Positions 47,864 through 54,977 of a DNA stretch of 62,536 nt are shown one piece after another (position 1 is the stretch's first letter; the number at the start of each line of letters is the position of its first letter). A program made the position numbers and the translations under genes. Source of the DNA: a virus (lineage: Duplodnaviria > Caudoviricetes); the IMG/VR virus record IMGVR_UViG_3300036944_000366, positions 1-62,536 of that record; one strand, written 5' to 3'. Below the pieces are notes generated by a model that ran no database searches, was not told the origin of the DNA, and worked only from the letters and a program-made list of their open reading frames with translations.

Positions 47864-49342
47864 TCAAAATGTGGGCATAACAAATGGGGTAGGCTCGGCC
47901 TCGACCGCTGTCTCGGCCTCATCCTCGTCATCCTCGTCATCCGCGTCTGGCTCAGGTGCATGGTCAGGGTGGTACAGCTCGCCGTCAACTATTACGTTGT
48001 CCTCGTCGTCGGTGTACCAGTTGCCTGACTCAGTGCACTGCCAGCAGTCCTCGGTCAGCGCGTACTGCTGGGTGTCATCGGCGTAGCAGATGTCGTCATC
48101 GTCAACGTGGTAGTACGCATCAGCGGAGTCGATGAACACCGCGTTGTCCATGTGCGCGTACTCGCCGTTGGCTAACTCAACGATGCTGTTGTCAGACAGG
48201 TAATTGCAGTGGTAGTAAGAATCTTGTGACCCAACATACACAGCGTCGTCGTTGTGCACATGGTACTCATGCCTGTTGCGGCCAGATACCAGTGTGTAGT
48301 TGTCGATACAGCACGGGCCGACATGCCTGTCACCGTGGTAGCCGATAGAGTAGCTGTCGTCATCGTCCATGCCTTGGCCGCAGTCATCGCAGGTACAGGT
48401 GTAGCCGTTGAGCATACCGCTGGTACTGCACGCCTCCCACCCGTCGTAGCTTGAGATGGTAAAGGTGTCAGTGCTCACGTCCTCGTCAACGTGCTGACAG
48501 TTGCCGTCGATGTACGGCATCAAGTACCCGCCCTGTCGAAGCGGATAGCGCTTGATGCGTGCTTCGCTAGGCCAGCCGCGCCACTTGGCATAACCCAAGC
48601 CCTGCAACATAGCCTCGATGGACTCGTCAGCACCTGAGTGCGAACTGTACTCACGCTCACGTTTGTATGAACGTACAAACCCTTTGGTCTCCCCGTCACC
48701 GTCCTCGAACACAAGGCAACGACCTAGCACCATACCGTCAGTGTCAGTACGCACAGCCATACCCCAGCCAAGCGATGGGTCATACACAGCGTAGGGATGG
48801 CGCTCCACCCTGTCGTCGCACGCGATGTCGAAGCTCGGACTCATACACGAGCGAGGCCCGTGGATCACAGCGTGGACCATCTTGTCCATGTCCTTGGTGA
48901 TGTCAGTCGTGCCGCCATAGGTGTACTGCGCAACCACGTCACGGATAAGGTTGGATGGTGCGTCAGGGAAGTGACGCGTCAGGTACTTACCGATGGTAGT
49001 CACGACAGCTTTGGCATCGCTGTCCCCGTTGTGCATAGCTGACTTCTCGTCGCGTGTATAGGCTAGGCGGTTTGGGTCAGTGATGGACTTGTGTGGCCAC
49101 TCAAGCAACAGTTGATGCCAGTCATCTGCACGATACTGGTGCTCGGTCATCATCTTGTACACAGCAGGGTGCAGTTGGTGCCGCTGGCGCTGTTGGTTGA
49201 ACCACTCGCGCCCCTGCACAACTGTCTCGTACTCTCCCGCGCGGATGCGTCTGAACACGCCATCCGATACGATGCGTGCGGCTTGCATGAACACATAGTC
49301 CATGAACTGGTGTGCTTCGTGTAGGCTTTTCCATGTAGGCAT
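47864..49342 (-). CDS. Hypothetical protein with acidic Cys/His-rich C-terminal repeats
   Basis: 492 aa; CDDC, PCC, CWQC; D/E-rich tail. Confidence 0.75.
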   Translation of the reverse strand: MPTWKSLHEAHQFMDYVFMQAARIVSDGVFRRIRAGEYETVVQGREWFNQQRQRHQLHPAVYKMMTEHQYRADDWHQLLLEWPHKSITDPNRLAYTRDEKSAMHNGDSDAKAVVTTIGKYLTRHFPDAPSNLIRDVVAQYTYGGTTDITKDMDKMVHAVIHGPRSCMSPSFDIACDDRVERHPYAVYDPSLGWGMAVRTDTDGMVLGRCLVFEDGDGETKGFVRSYKREREYSSHSGADESIEAMLQGLGYAKWRGWPSEARIKRYPLRQGGYLMPYIDGNCQHVDEDVSTDTFTISSYDGWEACSTSGMLNGYTCTCDDCGQGMDDDDSYSIGYHGDRHVGPCCIDNYTLVSGRNRHEYHVHNDDAVYVGSQDSYYHCNYLSDNSIVELANGEYAHMDNAVFIDSADAYYHVDDDDICYADDTQQYALTEDCWQCTESGNWYTDDEDNVIVDGELYHPDHAPEPDADDEDDEDEAETAVEAEPTPFVMPTF

Positions 49343-49432
49343 TTTGCTTTCTCCTTAGTTTCAAGTTTGGAATGATGGGTATACCGGTATGGTCGCCACC
49401 CATCAAGGCGTCAGAGAGAAACTCTCTCTTGA

Positions 49433-49672
49433 TTACTTGCGTGCTTTCTTCTTGGGCAGTGTGAACGTGCCGAGCCACTGCGTACCCTTGACCATCGGCT
49501 GGTACATGGCGATCTCGTATGGGTCTGTGTGCTTACAGGGCACAAGGAACAGGTTGTAGGTGTAGCCGTCCTTCTCCATCAGGTCGAGCAGTGCAGGCAG
49601 GTCACGCTCCTCGTTGGTTGTAGCCCATTGCGCTACGCTGGAAGCGTAGAAGTGGGAGTGGTTCTCTGTCAT
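49433..49672 (-). CDS. Early hypothetical protein
   Basis: AAGGAG RBS. Confidence 0.7.
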   Translation of the reverse strand: MTENHSHFYASSVAQWATTNEERDLPALLDLMEKDGYTYNLFLVPCKHTDPYEIAMYQPMVKGTQWLGTFTLPKKKARK

Positions 49673-49673
49673 G

Positions 49674-49880
49674 TCATTCTCCTTGGTTTATTTCATACAG
49701 GCGGTGCTGGCGGTAGAACTTGCAGAACAAGTCATCGAACGCAGAGAGAAGTTTCTCTCTGTTGGTGCTGTCCGCTACGTAGAACGCCCTTGCGATGTGC
49801 CCTGCGAAGCTCCCACCTTGGGACTCCATCAGTCGTGCCGCACTGAGCAGCATGTCACGGTCTAAGTCCATTGCTTTCAT
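49674..49880 (-). CDS. Early hypothetical protein
   Basis: AAGGAG RBS; GGSFAGHIARAFYVADSTN. Confidence 0.7.
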   Translation of the reverse strand: MKAMDLDRDMLLSAARLMESQGGSFAGHIARAFYVADSTNREKLLSAFDDLFCKFYRQHRLYEINQGE

Positions 49881-50089
49881 TTGCTTTCTCCTTGGTTAAG
49901 TAACTTGTCACGCCATGCGTTGAGGTCAGAGAGAACTTTCTCTCTCGTGCCTTTGTAGCCCATCATCTTGAGCGTTGAGTAGGCCGTTGGCCCACGGGAT
50001 TTGCTCAGCCCCTTGAGTTCTAGCTTGAGCATCTGGCGCAGTGTCAAGAGGCGAGCCGCCTCGATCTGCGATCCGGTCAGTGTTGTCAT
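49877..50089 (-). CDS. Early hypothetical protein
   Basis: AAGGAG RBS; LKLELKGL...AY. Confidence 0.7.
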   Translation of the reverse strand: MTTLTGSQIEAARLLTLRQMLKLELKGLSKSRGPTAYSTLKMMGYKGTREKVLSDLNAWRDKLLNQGESK

Positions 50090-50200
50090 GGATGTTTCTC
50101 CTTGCCGCCCTGCTTGAGGTAGGCTCGACCATGCGGGCGGCGTTGCATGGCCAAGCGGTTAAAGAGAGTTGTTGATAGGGAGAGAGAACTTCTCTCTGGG

Positions 50201-50971
50201 TTATTTGATGAGGTTGAGTAGGCCTGTCCATCGGGCAGGCAGGGGCATCGTTGGCTTGAGGTTGTCCATCGCAAGGTAGGCGCGTTGCAAGTCCATATCT
50301 CGGGCGTCGAGTTCGGCAATAAGCTCGGGGGCTGTTGCAAAAAGGCGCTCTTGGTCGATCTCGTCCTGCGCTTTCTTCATCTGGCCCACAAGGAACGCAC
50401 GCTGTATGACGTGGACATTGGGGGATACGCGGCGCTCGAACGGCACCTTTCTTTTACCTCTGACCGGATCGGGGACTGCATTAAACAGATCACGCACAAG
50501 GCGTTTGCTTTTGTCGCTGACGTAGTCTGCCCAATGTTCCCCGTTGTTGGGGATGGTGCGGCCAGTCTCCTCCTTGATGAAGGCCACGAACTGGCCCGGC
50601 GCAAACTCGCCTGCCTTTTGTAGCTTGACCAGCTTTGCGATCACCTCAACGAGCACGTCCTCGTAGGCCGACAGCGCCTTGTACTTGGCCGCTGTCCCTG
50701 CGTTACCAAACTCAGCGGCTACTTGGCGTTTGGCTTGGGACTTCATGGTGCGTACGCCGCCCAGCTCCATCCTTGCGGAAGACAGGATGTCGTCCCACAG
50801 TTGATGCGCCACGGTGGCCTTGATTTTCAGCTTGCGTTGCCGAGCCTTGGCCAGCTTCACGGCCTGCAAGATGTCACGCATCACGGGCACAGGGTACTTG
50901 TGCTCGGTCAGGTGGCGCTCCAAACGAGGCGCACTCATGGCCAACCAAGCGGGTTGGAGGACTTCTTCCAT
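50201..50971 (-). CDS. Early hypothetical protein
   Basis: AAGGAG RBS before ATG 50971; upstream extension in the ORF track is low-complexity non-coding sequence. Confidence 0.7.
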   Translation of the reverse strand: MEEVLQPAWLAMSAPRLERHLTEHKYPVPVMRDILQAVKLAKARQRKLKIKATVAHQLWDDILSSARMELGGVRTMKSQAKRQVAAEFGNAGTAAKYKALSAYEDVLVEVIAKLVKLQKAGEFAPGQFVAFIKEETGRTIPNNGEHWADYVSDKSKRLVRDLFNAVPDPVRGKRKVPFERRVSPNVHVIQRAFLVGQMKKAQDEIDQERLFATAPELIAELDARDMDLQRAYLAMDNLKPTMPLPARWTGLLNLIK

Positions 50972-51006
50972 ACTTTTACTCCTTAAAATTACGAATTGTA
51001 CAGGGG

Positions 51007-51348
51007 CTGTCCGGACTGTCCTAATTCTTTTACACATTAACGGTGGTTCATGGACGGGGCTTTGCCCCTCTGCAAGCCGCATGAACACAGGGTTCTTTGC
51101 TTTCGAGGGGGGCAGGTGTCCACTTATTCTTGCCAAAATAAAAAGAGAACACGCTTCACCTTTAATTTTATATATGTGTGTATGTGTGTGGATCTGTACG
51201 AACATATAAAAATTCATCTTCTTCTCTATATCTATATAAATATATATAGAAAGAGAGGACAGTTTTGAGCGGAGCCACGCAACCATGCGGGTTGCAGGCA
51301 GTCCACGCTTTGCTTTCATGTGTAAAAGTAAATGGACAGTCCGGACAG
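51007..51348. other. Origin-like element: imperfect inverted repeat around an AT-rich core
   Basis: CTGTCCGGACTGTCC (51007) / GGACAGTCCGGACAG (51334) plus further symmetric blocks. Confidence 0.55.
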
Positions 51349-51391
51349 TGGTTTTTTAACAACACTTTGAGGGCCAGAGAGAAGTTCTCTC

Positions 51392-51619
51392 TCAAAAGTT
51401 GGGGAAGGCTTGCTGTTGCCTGATGTTGACCTCATGCCACATCTGTGCGACGGAGGCGCAGGGGATGCTGATGGTGGTGCCTACCTTGCTCACGAGGTGG
51501 ATGGTGTAGGTGGGGTCTTTCTTGCCCAGTGGGTAGTAGGTTTGAGCGCACCAGAGTGCGCCTGCTTGGTCACGCCACTGTGTGACGGTTTCGAGGGCGG
51601 GTTGCTTGTTGTTACGCAT
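51392..51619 (-). CDS. Early hypothetical protein
   Basis: AAGGAG RBS before ATG 51619. Confidence 0.65.
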   Translation of the reverse strand: MRNNKQPALETVTQWRDQAGALWCAQTYYPLGKKDPTYTIHLVSKVGTTISIPCASVAQMWHEVNIRQQQAFPNF

Positions 51620-51630
51620 GGCTGTCTCCT

Positions 51631-51813
51631 TCAGTTGGTGTGGTGGATGCGGACATAGCGGGCCATGGCTTTGAGCATGACCTTTTGGGGGACGCAATAC
51701 TTGATTGCGATGAATTTGGCTACCAAGGGCAAGTACGTGGGGGAGATGCGCTTGAGTTGGTCGTGCAGTTCGTGGATGATGCGCTTGGCATCACGGGTGA
51801 CAAGGTTGTTCAT
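51631..51813 (-). CDS. Early hypothetical protein
   Basis: GGAG RBS. Confidence 0.6.
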   Translation of the reverse strand: MNNLVTRDAKRIIHELHDQLKRISPTYLPLVAKFIAIKYCVPQKVMLKAMARYVRIHHTN

Positions 51814-51954
51814 GGAAGTTTCTCCGATTGGTTTTGGCTATGAAGTCGCCGCCGTGATTGGCGAAGCCAGTGGCGGTTAGACACGGGGAGGAACAACGGG
51901 CCAGCCACGCCCGTTGAATTCGAGAGAGAAAATCTCTCTGAGAATCATTCGCAT

Positions 51955-52374
51955 TTACAGGGAACGCAGAACGATCAGGGCTTGCTTGAGTTGGGCCTCA
52001 AGGGAGTCGCCCTCGAAGTTGGCCAAGAAGTCCATCGCCGCCGCCGTGTGCACCTTGCTGATGCGCTGTTGCGCCGCAGGCTTGGCCTTGGCTTTGACCG
52101 GACGCACAACGTAGTAGCGGAAGTCACTCGAAGCGCGGTCAATGGCCTTGACTGCCTCTGGCTTTGCACCAGCGCCTTTGCCCAGAGAGAACATTCTCTC
52201 TGGGTTGCTCACGCCTTGGCCCTCAAGGTGGCCAAGCATCCACTCTTTGCGCAGTGCGCCTTGTTGCGTAGGGGTTGCGCTGGTGTAAGCCTTGTGGAAG
52301 GCGTCAGCCGCATCACGTAGGGCTGTTGTGTGGTTGCCGACATTGGTTGCGAATTGCTTGATGGATAAAGACAT
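51955..52374 (-). CDS. First gene of the early arm, hypothetical
   Basis: Strong RBS; basic helical protein. Confidence 0.7.
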   Translation of the reverse strand: MSLSIKQFATNVGNHTTALRDAADAFHKAYTSATPTQQGALRKEWMLGHLEGQGVSNPERMFSLGKGAGAKPEAVKAIDRASSDFRYYVVRPVKAKAKPAAQQRISKVHTAAAMDFLANFEGDSLEAQLKQALIVLRSL

Positions 52375-52431
52375 GGAAGTTTCTCCTTGGGTTGATGTAT
52401 CGGCTGGGCTGATTCCCTAACCGATGCCTCT

Positions 52432-52460
52432 ATTGTATGGAAGGGGGTGTTTCTAAGCAT
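52432..52460 (-). promoter_or_regulatory. Possible early promoter
   Basis: -10 TACAAT (52437-52432) followed by a leader hairpin and RBS; -35 is poor. Confidence 0.4.
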
Positions 52461-52658
52461 TACTGGCAGGGCCAAAGCTAGTACGGAAGACCCCACCGTA
52501 CCCCCACCAAGCCTTGTATGTGACGACAGCCCCGGTCCGCATGAACACTGTTTCACTCCCGCTCCCACCACTTTGTAAAAACTTAGACAACCACCCCCCT
52601 GTACAAAACCACACCCCCTCTAAAAAATTTTATAAAAATTTCAAAAAACTCGGGGCGT

Positions 52659-52689
52659 AAAAAAACCCCCCGCGTTGCCGTGGGGGGTT
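52659..52689 (-). terminator. Intrinsic terminator on minus strand
   Basis: AACCCCCC-ACG-GCAA-CGC-GGGGGG-U7. Confidence 0.8.
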
Positions 52690-52746
52690 AAGGGGTCTCT
52701 CAACCCAAGGAGAAGCAAAGGACCAACCGAAGTTGCACCCAAGCCG
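52659..52746 (-). ncRNA. Predicted ~90-nt anti-RBS small RNA
   Basis: Promoter TTGCTG-17-TATACT upstream, UUCG hairpin, UUUGCUUCUCCUUGGGUUGA tract, terminator; no ATG-initiated ORF. Confidence 0.6.
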
Positions 52747-52781
52747 GAAGTGAGTATATACTCTGCACATCGGGACAGCAA
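52733..52781. promoter_or_regulatory. Overlapping divergent sigma70-type promoters
   Basis: Palindrome GAGTATATACTC gives TATACT on both strands; + strand TTGCAC-18-TATACT, - strand TTGCTG-17-TATACT. Confidence 0.65.
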
Positions 52782-52838
52782 CCCGCAACTCTTTGGAGGG
52801 TAGGCAACAGAATGTTGCTGGGCCTCCGTCAGGACCAA

Positions 52839-53459
52839 ATGTTAGACCACCTCCTTGACTTCGACCCTGAAGTCCTGCCCAAATCTCAAGCGCCCGCCCC
52901 GGCGGAGAAGGTTGCGCCTGTTGAGCTGCTCAACGGCAAGATCAGTACAAACGACTGGTTGAAAGAAATGGGTGTCCCAGACGCTGAGACCGCGGTCTCT
53001 GAGTTGGAAAAGAAGCAGGCCCGGGAAACTTTCTCCGCGCTGACAACCGCATCCGCCATAAAAGAACAGCACGCCTTGATCTCCTCGATTGAGACGCCCG
53101 AGGCCGTGAAGCACCTTGTGGGAATGCTGACGGCCTATGACTGGGAGTTTGTAAGCCAAGCGAAAGAATTGCGCGGGTATGCGGTGGCCAAGATTTTGGA
53201 AGAGTGTGAGAGCCCCAACGCCAACATCCGGCTCAAAGCGCTGGGCCTTTTGGGCAAGGTCACCGAGATCGGGCTGTTCACAGAGAAGATTGAGGTCAAG
53301 AAGACTGACATGACCGAGGCCGAGATCGACCAGCGCCTGAAAGAGAAGCTGGCCAAGTTCATGGATGTGTCCGACGCCGACGTTACGGACCTTGTGGACA
53401 TCACAGACGTCACCCCAACCCCCGCCCCTGATGACGACCAACCCACCACTGACGCCTGA
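52839..53459 (+). CDS. Putative terminase small subunit
   Basis: Directly upstream of terL; IRLKALGLLGK...GLFTEKIEV. Confidence 0.65.
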   Translation: MLDHLLDFDPEVLPKSQAPAPAEKVAPVELLNGKISTNDWLKEMGVPDAETAVSELEKKQARETFSALTTASAIKEQHALISSIETPEAVKHLVGMLTAYDWEFVSQAKELRGYAVAKILEECESPNANIRLKALGLLGKVTEIGLFTEKIEVKKTDMTEAEIDQRLKEKLAKFMDVSDADVTDLVDITDVTPTPAPDDDQPTTDA

Positions 53460-54963
53460 GCAAGCCTCTGCGCTGTTCAAGAACCTCGGCAAGCTGACAG
53501 CGACCGAGAAGTTGGAGGCGTTGGAGCTTTTGGACAAGGCGCAGGAGCACAAGCAGAAGAATTTGGCCCGCTCGGACATGATCGAGTTCGCCAAGGCGAT
53601 GTATCCGGGCTTCAAAATCGGGCCGCACCACAGGAAACTGGCCAAAATCTTTGCAGAAGTGATCGCCGGGACCAAAAAACGGGTCATCATCAACATTGCG
53701 CCGCGTATGGGTAAGTCTGAGTTCAGCTCTTACCTGTTCCCGGCGTTCTTTTTGGGCAATTTCCCCGAGAAGAAGATCATCATGGGCACGCACACGGCCG
53801 GTTTGTCGGAAGACTTCGGCCGCAGGGTGCGAAACCTACTGGAAGACGACGACTACCATGGACTTTTCCCCCAAACGCTGGTTGCTGCTGACCAAAAGGC
53901 GGCTGGTAAGTGGTCTACAAGCGCTGGCGGTCAGTACTATGCTGCTGGTGTCGGCGGTGCTCTTGCTGGTCGTGGTGCTGATCTGTTCGTTATTGACGAT
54001 CCTCACTCGGAGCAGGACGTTAAGGCCAACTCACGGCTGGCTTTCGACACTGCATGGTCTTGGTTCCAAACAGGCCCGCTCCAGCGACTGATGCCGGGCG
54101 GTGCGATCATCATCGTGATGACGCGCTGGGGCAAACTGGACCTGACTGGACGCCTGATTGACTACCAGTCGAAGAACCCCAACGCCGAGCCGTGGGAGAT
54201 CGTGGAGCTTCCGGCCATCCTCAACGAGGACATGCCCAACGAGAAGTCGCTCTGGCCAGAGCAGTGGCCGCTGGCCACCCTCAAGGCTACCAAGGCCAGC
54301 ATTGACCCCCAGTACTGGAACGCCCAGTACATGCAGCAGCCCACCAGCAACAGCGCAGCCATCATCTCGCGCAAGTCTTGGAGGGTGTGGACCCGTGACG
54401 AGCCGCCCCGGTGCGACTTCGTCATCCAGAGCTGGGACACGGCATTTGAGACCAGCAACACGGCCGACTACTCTGCGTGCACAACGTGGGGGGTGTTCTA
54501 CAACGAGGAAGAGAACGACAAGCCGCAGGTGATCTTGCTGGACGCGTTCAAAGACCGGATGGCCTTCCCCGAGCTCAAGGTGATCGCACTCAAGCACTAC
54601 AAAGAGTGGGAGCCTGACGCGTTCATCGTGGAGAAGAAAGCGGCCGGAGCGCCGCTGATCCAAGAGCTGCGGGCCATGGGCATCCCGGTCGACGAGTTCA
54701 GCCCCAGCCGGGGCAACGATAAAATTGTGCGGCTTAACGCGGTGTCGGACCTGTTTGCCTCTGGCTCGGTCTGGGCACCAGACACGCGGTGGGCACGCGA
54801 GGTGATCGAGGAAGTTGCATCCTTTCCCAACGGGGAGAACGACGACTACGTTGACACCACATCTCAGGCGCTGTTACGCTTTCGCCGGGGCGGCTTCATA
54901 CCGCTTGAAACCGACGAGCAAGAAGAGCGCTTTTACCAAGCCCGCCGGGCTGCGTACTATTAA
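53431..54963 (+). CDS. terL: Terminase large subunit
   Basis: IAPRMGKS Walker A, VIDDPH Walker B, VMTRW, SWDTA, NDDYVD nuclease motifs. Confidence 0.95.
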   Translation: MTTNPPLTPEQASALFKNLGKLTATEKLEALELLDKAQEHKQKNLARSDMIEFAKAMYPGFKIGPHHRKLAKIFAEVIAGTKKRVIINIAPRMGKSEFSSYLFPAFFLGNFPEKKIIMGTHTAGLSEDFGRRVRNLLEDDDYHGLFPQTLVAADQKAAGKWSTSAGGQYYAAGVGGALAGRGADLFVIDDPHSEQDVKANSRLAFDTAWSWFQTGPLQRLMPGGAIIIVMTRWGKLDLTGRLIDYQSKNPNAEPWEIVELPAILNEDMPNEKSLWPEQWPLATLKATKASIDPQYWNAQYMQQPTSNSAAIISRKSWRVWTRDEPPRCDFVIQSWDTAFETSNTADYSACTTWGVFYNEEENDKPQVILLDAFKDRMAFPELKVIALKHYKEWEPDAFIVEKKAAGAPLIQELRAMGIPVDEFSPSRGNDKIVRLNAVSDLFASGSVWAPDTRWAREVIEEVASFPNGENDDYVDTTSQALLRFRRGGFIPLETDEQEERFYQARRAAYY

Positions 54964-54977
54964 GAAAGAGTTACATC

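Larger units (their letters stand above)
47422..52201. repeat. Dispersed palindrome AGAGAGAA-N1-2-TTCTCTCT, 8 copies
   Basis: Starts at 47422, 49413, 49743, 49928, 50181, 51376, 51923, 52184. Confidence 0.9.

Noticed and set aside
50972-51319. N-terminal extension of ORF 50201..51319
   Set aside because: It translates the low-complexity AT-rich symmetric element; a strong RBS sits before ATG 50971.
47422-52201. Palindromes as N4-type virion RNA polymerase hairpin promoters
   Set aside because: No RNA polymerase motifs were recognised in any ORF, including the 2476-aa protein, and half the copies are inside genes.
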